DNA from: Verrucomicrobiota bacterium
GTDB lineage: Bacteria > Verrucomicrobiota > Verrucomicrobiia > Limisphaerales > UBA9464
Assembly (NCBI GenBank): GCA_043755815.1
Contig: JAYUSF010000108.1
Coordinates: 1-54,625 of the forward strand
Reading direction: 5' to 3'
DNA: 54,625 nucleotides
The notes under the pieces were generated by a model. The model ran no database searches and was not told the origin of the DNA. It saw nothing but the letters and a program-made list of their open reading frames with translations. The position numbers and the translations under genes were made by a program. Positions 25,968-34,874 of this stretch are shown piece by piece. Position 1 is the stretch's first letter. Each line of letters begins with the position of its first letter.

Positions 25968-26636
25968 TTAACTCCGACGCACGGTCGGGCAATCGGGCAG
26001 TGTCACCCCGGGAGCGAGCTTGCGGGCCAAAGCCGCAGCGTCCAAATAGGTCCGCCGGTCAGCGATGTGTTCGAGCAATCCAGCTTCGTCCACCCCGTGG
26101 AGCCCAAACTCCGGCGGACCGAACTCTTCGCCGCAGACATCATCCGAAGCGGTGAACGCCTCGACGCCTTCGTCGTTGATCGGGTTGCGGAAAGTTTGGA
26201 TTCGAAACGCGTGAAATCCGGAACCGACGACAGGGTTCTGCGCTGTGACGCAAACTGGCACCGGGAGGCGACCGTCGGCTCGCAGAGGCAACCCGAGCCG
26301 CCACGCCACGCGCAGGCAATCAGCGTCGGTGAAACTTGCCAACGAATCCGCCTCCATCGTGGCGCGACACGCGGCGCCGAAGCGCTCCTCCAGCAGGCAA
26401 GGCCAAACGTCAGTGGATTCCTCAAAAACTACATGGAGGCAGGACCATTCCTCGAAACGGTGTCCGATCCGCATCGCGACCCGCATGAATTCGTCCATGC
26501 CGTTGTAAGCCTCGCTGAGGTTGAATCCGGCTCTTCTGGAAGCGTGCTCGTGGACCGCCTTCCACACGGACAGGGCGGCGGCAAAGACGGCTGCGGGATC
26601 GGCCTCGGAGGTGCCGGACAGAGGTTCGCTGGTCAT
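25968..26636 (-). CDS. Hypothetical protein
   Basis: 222-aa ORF from ATG 26636 with protein-like composition (NLSEAYNGMDEFMR, HIADRRTY); no family recognised. Confidence 0.65.
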   Translation of the reverse strand: MTSEPLSGTSEADPAAVFAAALSVWKAVHEHASRRAGFNLSEAYNGMDEFMRVAMRIGHRFEEWSCLHVVFEESTDVWPCLLEERFGAACRATMEADSLASFTDADCLRVAWRLGLPLRADGRLPVPVCVTAQNPVVGSGFHAFRIQTFRNPINDEGVEAFTASDDVCGEEFGPPEFGLHGVDEAGLLEHIADRRTYLDAAALARKLAPGVTLPDCPTVRRS

Positions 26637-26691
26637 GTCCCGGAGAGACTGCCTGGCCAGGTTTGCCCGCGGCGGCAAGGCGCAAGTTTAA

Positions 26692-26920
26692 GCACGCTGT
26701 AGGCGTGCCAGCCATTAGCCGGGGGTTGAGCGACCCTCGGGAGCGATACCCCCGGCCAGAGTCATTGTGGAGCAGCACCCTGAAGGGGTGCCAGAGGCGG
26801 CGCCAAACGCAGAATGCCGCTGCGACCCCTTCAGGGTCGTGTCTTTGCCGGACGCGGTCCGGGGGTGTCGTCGCGGCGCTCCTCGACCCCCGGCTAATGG
26901 CTGTCAGCCCGTCGGGCTGC
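26692..26920. repeat. Composite REP/REPIN-like element of the RAYT-associated type
   Basis: cagccattagccgggggttgag...atacccccgg ... ccctgaaggggtg / cgaccccttcagggtcg ... ccgggggtgtcg...cgacccccggctaatggctg: nested inverted repeats. Confidence 0.8.
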
Positions 26921-27162
26921 GACGCCCTCACACCGTCACCGTCTCCATGGGTCCGCGGGCGGCAGCCAGCGCCAACCGTCGTTCCACCTCTTCAGCCCTG
27001 TGCGGAAACACCCGGTTGTAAAGGCCGGATCATTGGGGGTCTCCGGGATACAGTTTGTCGTCGGACAACTCGCCGGCTTCGGCCCGCCGCGGTCGGCGGA
27101 CTTATGGCCCTTGGGATAAAGTTGTGGGGTAGGGAAACGCTCACCAAGAAGCGAAGGCCCGC

Positions 27163-27621
27163 TCACTTTCCGGCACCCTTCAACGCCACGGCGGCGGCGC
27201 CAGCCGCGCCCTTGGACCAGTTCGGCCGCTTGCCGTCGGAATTGAACAGTTCCCCGGCGCGATCCCGCCACTTTTGATCCGTCGCACAGCCGAGGGTCTT
27301 CTTGAGACTTTGGGGCGCAACCTTGATGAGCCGGTGGCCGCCCTGAGCCGCCGCGAGCTCGACCATTGCCTCGCCCTTGATCGCTTCCAGACAGGAGCCA
27401 AACCGGCCGGACGAGCATTTCAACAGGGCGATGCGGGCACCTGCGCCTTGCCCCTTGCGGCGAAAAATGGTGCTGAGCGTTTTCCGCAGCTCGATCAAAT
27501 CCTCGCCCGAGCGAACTTGGAACGGAACCGGCCGGATCGACGTGAGCACAAACTTGGCGCCCGCACCCTTGCCCTCCGCGATGACGACTGCGGACTTGGT
27601 CGGGTTCACCCCGAATATCAT
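27163..27621 (-). CDS. DUF3010-like / RNase H (RuvC-like) fold hypothetical protein
   Basis: MIFGVNP start strand and GRFGSCLEAIKGEAMVEL...VAPQSLKK resemble DUF3010 (GKFAG...FKLEA.IQL...P..IK) as recalled. Confidence 0.55.
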   Translation of the reverse strand: MIFGVNPTKSAVVIAEGKGAGAKFVLTSIRPVPFQVRSGEDLIELRKTLSTIFRRKGQGAGARIALLKCSSGRFGSCLEAIKGEAMVELAAAQGGHRLIKVAPQSLKKTLGCATDQKWRDRAGELFNSDGKRPNWSKGAAGAAAVALKGAGK

Positions 27622-28107
27622 GCGGGCAGAAGCTTGAAGGAATTGGCGAGGCGACCGGGTCGCGTGGGCCGACGGGCCGGCCGTTCGACATTCACGGCAG
27701 GCAATTGGCCCGGCTGGTTCAGGAACCGTCCGGGCATCAGCGCCGTCGGCTCCAGAAAAAGCCGCCGCCGCCGAACAGGAGCACCAGCACGAGGATGATT
27801 AAGAGCGTTTGGTTTGACATACGGAAGCACCCTAGACCGGTGCCATGGCCCCGCGAAATGGGGTGTTCACCCCTTAATCGGTCCAATCCCGCGCACAACC
27901 GGGATACCCACCAGCCCTCACGTCAGTGAAACGCCGCCCTGCGGGAGAAGCCGCTTTTTCAACGACGCGGGCGGGCAGGGTTTCACCCCATTGGCGCAGG
28001 GTTGGCTCCGTAAGACGATGAGGCGACCTTCAGACCAAGTCATGCCGGTCCTGATTGATCCGGTTGCGAAAGTTTTATGAAACCGATTCCGGCGTGAAAA
28101 TATTGAT

Positions 28108-28461
28108 ATGAACCATCCAAACTCCGCCCTTCACGGTGTGGCCGGTGCGAACCACGCCACCCCGCCCACCCATGAGCAGATCGCCGCGCTGGCCTTCAGC
28201 CTTCACCTCCAGCACGGACGTCCGCAAGGGCGCGCCCGGGAGGACTGGCTGGAAGCCGAACAGTCGTTGTTGCGATTGCCGGCCCATCCGCCCGCGAGCG
28301 AGCCGGCCCGGCACGAGGGCAGCACGCCCGGGGTCAGCACCCGCTTGATCGAACACCCCCATGCCCGCGACGAACGGCACTCGCCGGACCGCCGGGAAAT
28401 CCGCCAGATGAACACCGGCCATCGCCCTGCGTCCCGCGCATCGCAGCGGCCCGCTGAGTGA
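28108..28461 (+). CDS. DUF2934 domain protein
   Basis: THEQIAALAF.L....GRP.GRA.EDWLEAE motif. Confidence 0.8.
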   Translation: MNHPNSALHGVAGANHATPPTHEQIAALAFSLHLQHGRPQGRAREDWLEAEQSLLRLPAHPPASEPARHEGSTPGVSTRLIEHPHARDERHSPDRREIRQMNTGHRPASRASQRPAE

Positions 28462-28532
28462 ACGGCCGCTTCCCAGCCAGAGGCGGCGCAGGGCGGGCGG
28501 GGTTTGGCTTTCGTTAAAACACCCTTCCACGC

Positions 28533-28780
28533 CTAAACCTCCACCGCCTCCACCGTCTCGTAGAGTGCGGCGATGCTCTTCGACGCAATGCGGAACTGGC
28601 TCCGTCGTTTGACTTTCGCCCGCTCCCCATCTCCGCCTCGATCGGGGAGAGGGCCGGGGTGAGGTGTCGAAGCATTTTTCAGCTTGATGCCGGGGTCGTA
28701 ATCCACCGCGCCGCCCGCCAGCGCCTTGAGCAGACGCAACCCATCCGTCCGCTGCGCCAGCCGGACGCGCGCGCCGTAGA
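28533..28780 (-). pseudogene. C-terminal remnant of an MvaI/BcnI-family restriction endonuclease, with in-frame REP insertion
   Basis: YGARVRLAQRTDGLRLLKALAGGAVDYDPGIKLKNAS...KVKRRSQFRI...LY resembles the YYDPGIK.EN...KRRSQFR C-terminus I recall for this family; in-frame stop just upstream (~28803). Confidence 0.6.
28624..28671 (-). repeat. 48-bp BoxC-like element, left copy
   Basis: Reverse complement matches 39013-39060 at 47 of 48 positions. Confidence 0.9.
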
Positions 28781-28920
28781 CAGTTGGCGATTCAGGGTGG
28801 TGTCACGTTTGGGGCTTGGTCTCCGTGTCGGCGGTGGATTCCGCGACTGAAGGCACCCAATCCGTTCCCAAGTCCGGTCGGGTCGGATTTGACCGGGTTT
28901 AGTCTCCGTCATCGGGTTCT

Positions 28921-30957
28921 TCAGCCTTGTGCCGCGATGGCGAACATCTGGATCAGCTCGCGGATTCGCCTCATCTTCAGGCCTTCCCTTTGGCGCAAAT
29001 CCTCAAAGGTCATCGCGGCGTAATGGGCTACCGTGTGCCGCCTCCGGGACGGCAACCACGTCATTCCCGAAAACGCCTCCATTCCTTCCATCGTGCGGGC
29101 GTCCTGTTGCAATGCGACCCGAACCCGATCCCACTCCACGGCGAGCGTCTGCCCCGCGTTGGTCGGGGTAGCAAACGCCTGCGCCGCCCACTCGTTTTCC
29201 CATCCTGCCGGCAAGGCAATCGCCTGACCCCGGAACGCCTCCCAGCAGTCCTGCTTTTTCGACCACTCCCCGATGTTCCCTTCGGCCGACACGAGATGGG
29301 CGTGAGCCGCAGCGCAGGCTGCCTCCAATGCCTTCAAGGTGCTGGGAGACACACGCTGTTCCATCCAGATTCGATCAAGGTTGATCCGATGTCCGGACCG
29401 TTCAGCCAACCCCGCGACCGCATAGGCAACGGCATTGGCGCGATATCCCTCCAACTCCAGCGCGGAGAACACCTTCTCGGCGGACCGGAACAGGACCGCC
29501 TTCGCGACCAACTGTGTGAAGCAGTTCAAGTCCACGACGGGTTCGCCTTCGTCTTCGTGACGCTCCGCGAGGGCGATAAAGTTTTTCTCCGCACCCCGGC
29601 AGACCAAGTGCGGCAGGCCCAACCACGAGTGCTCGTATTTGGCGAGATCGGTCTTGGTAAACTTCCGTTCGGGCGGATTCTGGGCCGCCCAGTCGCGCAT
29701 CCGGGCTGGGGTTCCCTGTCTCGCCTTGTCATCGAGATACGATCCCCGTGCACGCTCGTAATACCAGTGGGTCCCGCGGTCGAGGCCGCTGGTCGGCGGC
29801 GTCCAGACCGTCCGCGAAAGCTGCTCCAAATGGAGGTGAAACTTCCCGTTCGCGGAGAAGTCGGCGGCGTTCACCTTGTTTTGGCTGTTCGCATACCGCG
29901 AGATCAGCGGCACGATCTCCAGCACCTTCACCGGATCGGTGAGGACCGTGAGCTTCACCTGAACCTGCACCTGCGAGATGTCCGTCTTCTCCTTCCGGAG
30001 GGCGTGAAAGATTGAGGCCGTGGTCTGCCCTCCGTTGACTATCTGAAAGTCCTTTACCCAGAGAAGCTGCGCGTGGCCGTTCTGCCCCTCGTCCAGCCGG
30101 ACTTCCGCCGCCGTGCAGCAGAGGCCGTTGTTGTAGGCGAGGAACCGGTGCGGTTCCTCGCGTAGGGTTTGTTGAAGGCCTTTGTTAACCTTCCCTTTGG
30201 CTTGGAGGAACGCACGCACGTTCCGCTCCAGTAGTCGTTGTCCGTGCTTGCCGTAGATTTCCGCAAGCAACTTGGCGGGCAGGAACGCGAGAAACGTGCT
30301 GTATTCTCCAGTTCCATCCTTAGTGGCGATGCAGGGAACGGCTCCGCCAAAATCCCGGACAAAGTTCAACTCAATGACTTCGCGTTGTCCGACCCGAAGG
30401 CGACTCAGCTTCTCCGCGTCCCAAAGCTCATACCGCAGTTCGAGTCCGGGAACCGTTTCTTCCTCCAACTCAGTCGCCTTAACCACACCATCGGTCAGGA
30501 AGAACAACCGAACTGTGGTTAGCGTGTCTGCCGCCTCGTGAATCCGGCGGGCTGCCTCGAACACGTCGTCCGATTCCTCCAGTTTGGTGTGAAATCCCTC
30601 TCGTGCACGGCGCAAGAATCCGCGGAGGCGCTTGAAATGATCGTTCACCTCGCTGCGGGGCACGTTCTCCAGGCTGCCCTCCCCGTGGTAAAGCGTGACA
30701 AACAGATCGAGCGTAGCCCCGTCGCCCGACAGCGCCCAGCCGTTGAGTTTGGCCGCAGGCATCGCTCCACGTCCCCGGGCGTGGTGAAAACACACCTCCG
30801 CGCCGGTAACGTCGTTGTGCTCGGCGAGGCGTTCCAAGACCGCCTCGGTGAACGCGTCTTCCCGGAGTTGCGGGTTCTCCGTGTCGCCCGCCTTCACGAG
30901 CACCTCCTGGTGGAAGTCCAAGGCAAATTGTGCGAGTGCAGTCAGTGGTTCCGGCAT
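28921..30957 (-). CDS. mzaE: AIPR family protein (MzaE-like)
   Basis: LLERNVRAFLQ..GKVNKG...T...EP.RFLAYNNG, FQIVNGGQTTASI, ISRYANSQNKV, WYYERARGSY, FTKTDLAKY. Confidence 0.92.
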   Translation of the reverse strand: MPEPLTALAQFALDFHQEVLVKAGDTENPQLREDAFTEAVLERLAEHNDVTGAEVCFHHARGRGAMPAAKLNGWALSGDGATLDLFVTLYHGEGSLENVPRSEVNDHFKRLRGFLRRAREGFHTKLEESDDVFEAARRIHEAADTLTTVRLFFLTDGVVKATELEEETVPGLELRYELWDAEKLSRLRVGQREVIELNFVRDFGGAVPCIATKDGTGEYSTFLAFLPAKLLAEIYGKHGQRLLERNVRAFLQAKGKVNKGLQQTLREEPHRFLAYNNGLCCTAAEVRLDEGQNGHAQLLWVKDFQIVNGGQTTASIFHALRKEKTDISQVQVQVKLTVLTDPVKVLEIVPLISRYANSQNKVNAADFSANGKFHLHLEQLSRTVWTPPTSGLDRGTHWYYERARGSYLDDKARQGTPARMRDWAAQNPPERKFTKTDLAKYEHSWLGLPHLVCRGAEKNFIALAERHEDEGEPVVDLNCFTQLVAKAVLFRSAEKVFSALELEGYRANAVAYAVAGLAERSGHRINLDRIWMEQRVSPSTLKALEAACAAAHAHLVSAEGNIGEWSKKQDCWEAFRGQAIALPAGWENEWAAQAFATPTNAGQTLAVEWDRVRVALQQDARTMEGMEAFSGMTWLPSRRRHTVAHYAAMTFEDLRQREGLKMRRIRELIQMFAIAAQG

Positions 30958-30958
30958 C

Positions 30959-31978
30959 TCAGTTCCTGATCTTTGATTTGGGCTTTTGGCCCCCCAAAAT
31001 CACGGAGGCGATCGAAGGCTCGACGGCGAATGTCTCTAGGGCAGCGAGGGAGAGCCCATAGCTCACCTCGCCTAGGCCAGCGGGAAGGTCTTTTTCGACC
31101 AAGCGGGGAAAACTCCGCCGCACCTTAAAGGTCGCCTCGGAGCGGACGAGGTAGCCGCGCTCGGCGTAGCGCCCCGCATGGGCGTCGAGATACCCGTAGG
31201 CCAGCAACCCGTCCTCGAACGTCTCCCGAGCCGCCGCTTCTCCCGCCAGAGCGGAGCGGAGCGAGGCCACCAGGGCGGGCAACGTCTCTCCGCCTCCGTC
31301 CCTTGGTTCCAGGGCGACGACATGGAGGAACAGCGCCCGCCAGCCGGACGAGTCCAATTGCCGCTCGCTGGTGATTCGGACGACCTGCGGCCGCTTGGCC
31401 AGGGTGGTCTTCACTTCCGCCGCTCCGGTTTCAAACTGGAAATCCTGGTGGGCCTTCTCCCCGCCTTTCCAGCCCGCCACCGCATCCGCGCCAAGTCCGG
31501 TCAGGAGATGCGTCCGGAGAAAGTGCAGTTCGCCCCACAGCCCGCGTTGTTCCTCCTCGCCCAGCCCGTCGTGTGAAGCCGAGAGGAACTTCTGCCACCG
31601 GGCCAATTGCCCGAGGAATACCTTGGCCTGCTCGGCGGCACCGGCAGCGGCGGCCACGCGGCGGTCCAAATCCTCGGCCAAGGCGGTGAAGACATCGGAA
31701 AAGCGGGACTCCTTGAGTATCACCCCGAAATGAGTCTCCTGCTCGATCCGCACCGCCACCGCTTCCAACCCGCGACACCGGGGCCAACGCCGCCGGGCCG
31801 GCACCCATTCCGCCGCCAGCCGCAGGAACACGGCCCGACGCCGGGAAGCCGGTTCCAGCCCGACGAAGAGCGGGCAACTTGGCAGCGGACGCGCCAGGCG
31901 CAGCAGCCAGCCAGACAACCCTTGTTCGCCAGCCAGTGCATCCGCCTCCAAAGCCTGCCAGAGCGGCTCAATCCTCAT
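30959..31978 (-). CDS. mzaD: PD-(D/E)XK nuclease, DUF4420 family (MzaD-like)
   Basis: LARWQKFL, GLWGELHFL, W.G......QDF......EVKTT, ITSERQLD, FPRL...LP.G...VSY. Confidence 0.9.
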   Translation of the reverse strand: MRIEPLWQALEADALAGEQGLSGWLLRLARPLPSCPLFVGLEPASRRRAVFLRLAAEWVPARRRWPRCRGLEAVAVRIEQETHFGVILKESRFSDVFTALAEDLDRRVAAAAGAAEQAKVFLGQLARWQKFLSASHDGLGEEEQRGLWGELHFLRTHLLTGLGADAVAGWKGGEKAHQDFQFETGAAEVKTTLAKRPQVVRITSERQLDSSGWRALFLHVVALEPRDGGGETLPALVASLRSALAGEAAARETFEDGLLAYGYLDAHAGRYAERGYLVRSEATFKVRRSFPRLVEKDLPAGLGEVSYGLSLAALETFAVEPSIASVILGGQKPKSKIRN

Positions 31979-34874
31979 CGTGGTCGTCCTCCGGGAATGT
32001 GGCCTGCCAGACCTTGTTCACCTTGTAATCCACCGCTCGTGCCGTGTGGCTCGAGGGAAAGCTGAACGCGAGCCCCATGAAGGGTTGCTCGTCCGGCCAC
32101 TCCACACCTTTCGGCACGAGTGGATAAATCAGCAGCAAACCGTGCGTCTTCGGGCGAAGCTGGCGGGCGACTTCGCCGTTGATGCGGGAACGCTTCTTTT
32201 CGTCTTCGTCCGGCGGGCGGCGCAGCGCGGTAAGGCGCTCGGCGGTGACACCAAGCGTGACCTTCGCCCCGCAGCACTGGCGCAATTCCTCCTCATCGTT
32301 CGGTGTGAACAGTGGCCCTCCATCTTTGACCGCGCGCTTCGCGAGCAGTTCCTCCAGCAATTCGTCCGTTAAAACTATTTCCGGATGCTCAAGGTCCAGC
32401 GCCTGATGTGAAGGGCTTTGAATGTTCGCGTTCGGAGCCACGAACAGCGTCGGTGTCTTGTCGCCCGGCCAGGTGCCATCCTCCGGTTTGCGCTGGGCCA
32501 ATCCGGCGTCGCAGCCGGCGAGCGAAAATATTCCCGCTTCACCCCGCGTGTTCACCAACGCCACCGTCCAGTTGACCAGCTCTCCCGCCGCGGCCTGGCG
32601 GCGGATGAACTCCATCAACTCCGGCTTCTGCAACCGCCAGCTTTCTGACGCGACCGTGAAATTCCGCAACAGCCCTTCCAGCAACTCTTCCGCCTTCACG
32701 TTGCGCCACAGCCATGCGGCCTTGGTCTCGATGGCCGCCGCCTTCCCGCCCCGTGTTATCAGGAACTCCGTCACCGCCTTCACATTGGACCGGACCACGT
32801 TCGGGTCCGTGGCAAAGTGCGCCGTCTGCACGAGCTGCCCAGCATACGAGAGCTTCTGCGTTCGCGCGTGCGCCATCTTGTTCAACGCGGTGATGAGCAG
32901 CCCGCCCGGATGCTCACGCACCCGCAGTCCGTAACGGCGCGGCGTGAGTCCCGCCGCCTTCATGCGGTCGAACTCGCGACGCAATTCCACCTCGGCCAGT
33001 GCGATGTGCCGATACCACCGGCGCAAATCTTCGGTCGTGAAGAGGCGGCAAAGGTCCAGATAGCCCGGCCGGTAACCGAACCAGCGCCCCATCTGCATCA
33101 GCGTGTCATACATTTGCGAGGCGCGAAGGAAGTAGCTGACGGAAAGACCTTCGAGGGTCAGCCCGCGCGAAAGCTTGTCGCCGCCGACGGCGACCACGTT
33201 GAAACCCTGCTTGTGCGCCACGTAATCCAGCGCATCGGTCGCATGGCCGTTGATTTCCTTCACCTCGACGCGTGCCGCCGCTTCGGGTAGTTCCGCTGCA
33301 ACCTGCGCCCACGTCACTCCCGGAAGATTTTCGTCGGGCGACATCGTCCGGACGGTTGCGCTCGTCGGTTCAAATTCCTCCCGCCATAGCTCCTGGAGTT
33401 CCGCCAGCACGGTCTGGCGGCGCTCGCCTTCCCCAATCGCCAAGCGGCGACGGATTGAGTCCACCTGCTGCTGGACAAGCTGGGCCACCAAGTTTTGCAC
33501 GTTCACGAACCGCGTGACGTGAACAAGCATGGAATTGTGAACTTCAGTCTGCCCGCGAGCACGGCGGGCGGCGCATACGAGCACGAAACAGAAAAGTGCG
33601 CGCTTCAAGGTGGCGGGCAGTTCCTGAACGGCGAGATCTTTTTTGTGCTTTGGTGGAAAAGGACTTTCGTGGTCATCCACCAGACGAAAAAGAGGAAGCT
33701 CCTGCCTTGGTTCGATTCCAGAATCTGGATCACCATCCAGACCGAACACACGGGACGGACTGACGTAGTTCGATGGCGGCGAGACGTTGAGGATGAAGCT
33801 ACGAGGGAAGAGATCGTCACCGTGCCTGGGCGTCTCTGCATCCGGGTTGATGAAAATGTTTGCGAAAGGCGTAGCCGTGTATCCGACGTAGGCGCTCTTC
33901 TCGAAGGCGTCGAGGAGTTCCCGGATTCGCCCGTTGATGGCGGTGACTTCCTGCTCTTGTGTAATCTTCTTGCGGCTATCTTTGGTGTTGATGGAAGCGT
34001 TGTCCGCCTCGTCATCTATCAGGAGCAGCGGGACGCCACGAATCACTTTCCTGTTCCCGTCCGGCGATTCCTCCCCTTTGACGCGTTGAACCCACTCCAG
34101 CAAATTGTGCAGCACCCTGCCGTTTTTTTTCACGACAAGGACAACTGGATCTCCTCCAATTGTCACACCAATCGTATCAGCTACGGAAGCTTTGAAGTCC
34201 CCATTGTCCAAGCTGCTTGTTGGGGTATGAATCGGGGGTGCTTCGCCAAACATCCGCCCGACACCGATCAGAGTGCTTCTGCGATCCAGCGCGCCATGTC
34301 GCCGGCTATCGCGCCCGATCACACCCTCATCTACACGATATTGGGTTTGGCTTCTCAGGTTTTTATGCATGCCGGCCAAAACGACGATGAGCTTGTAACC
34401 AGCGTCCACTGCTTTGCAGATAAGGCCGCAGTAATTGGCCGTCTTTCCTGATTGAACACTGCCGACAACCATTCCTCGACAATCCCACTCCGGCTTTCGT
34501 TCTGGCTCCTCCAGCTTCCCAAGAATCTCGTCGGTCAACTTTCCCAAAGCACTGACCACTGGCTCGGGGAGCTTTTTTTCCTGCTCTAGGAATGCCTTGT
34601 ATCGATTCCAGAACTTCCATTCGACGCTGCCACGCTTGGCCGGAAGCCACTCGATGTGGTCGGTCGGATCATCCATGAGTGTCGCATCGGGCACATGGAC
34701 GTTCGCTTCGTGCATGAGTTGCGCAATCAGCGCGTCTGCATCGGATGCCGTGAGGCCAGCGGTAATCGATACGGCTTTGGCGACCTGTGCCCGAATCACC
34801 TCCGGCGTCCGAATCGGTTCACGATTTAACAACGTCACCGCAAGGGCGCGGGCCGTATCGAAAGCGTCGCTCAT
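31968..34874 (-). CDS. mzaC: Z1-domain protein with N-terminal SF2 helicase-like NTPase (MzaC-like)
   Basis: GMVVGSVQSGKT, LLLIDDEADNAS, YVGYTATPFANIFI, SMLVHVTRF, GGDKLSRGLTLEGLSVSYFLR, DTLMQMGRWFGYRPGY. Confidence 0.93.
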   Translation of the reverse strand: MSDAFDTARALAVTLLNREPIRTPEVIRAQVAKAVSITAGLTASDADALIAQLMHEANVHVPDATLMDDPTDHIEWLPAKRGSVEWKFWNRYKAFLEQEKKLPEPVVSALGKLTDEILGKLEEPERKPEWDCRGMVVGSVQSGKTANYCGLICKAVDAGYKLIVVLAGMHKNLRSQTQYRVDEGVIGRDSRRHGALDRRSTLIGVGRMFGEAPPIHTPTSSLDNGDFKASVADTIGVTIGGDPVVLVVKKNGRVLHNLLEWVQRVKGEESPDGNRKVIRGVPLLLIDDEADNASINTKDSRKKITQEQEVTAINGRIRELLDAFEKSAYVGYTATPFANIFINPDAETPRHGDDLFPRSFILNVSPPSNYVSPSRVFGLDGDPDSGIEPRQELPLFRLVDDHESPFPPKHKKDLAVQELPATLKRALFCFVLVCAARRARGQTEVHNSMLVHVTRFVNVQNLVAQLVQQQVDSIRRRLAIGEGERRQTVLAELQELWREEFEPTSATVRTMSPDENLPGVTWAQVAAELPEAAARVEVKEINGHATDALDYVAHKQGFNVVAVGGDKLSRGLTLEGLSVSYFLRASQMYDTLMQMGRWFGYRPGYLDLCRLFTTEDLRRWYRHIALAEVELRREFDRMKAAGLTPRRYGLRVREHPGGLLITALNKMAHARTQKLSYAGQLVQTAHFATDPNVVRSNVKAVTEFLITRGGKAAAIETKAAWLWRNVKAEELLEGLLRNFTVASESWRLQKPELMEFIRRQAAAGELVNWTVALVNTRGEAGIFSLAGCDAGLAQRKPEDGTWPGDKTPTLFVAPNANIQSPSHQALDLEHPEIVLTDELLEELLAKRAVKDGGPLFTPNDEEELRQCCGAKVTLGVTAERLTALRRPPDEDEKKRSRINGEVARQLRPKTHGLLLIYPLVPKGVEWPDEQPFMGLAFSFPSSHTARAVDYKVNKVWQATFPEDDHDED

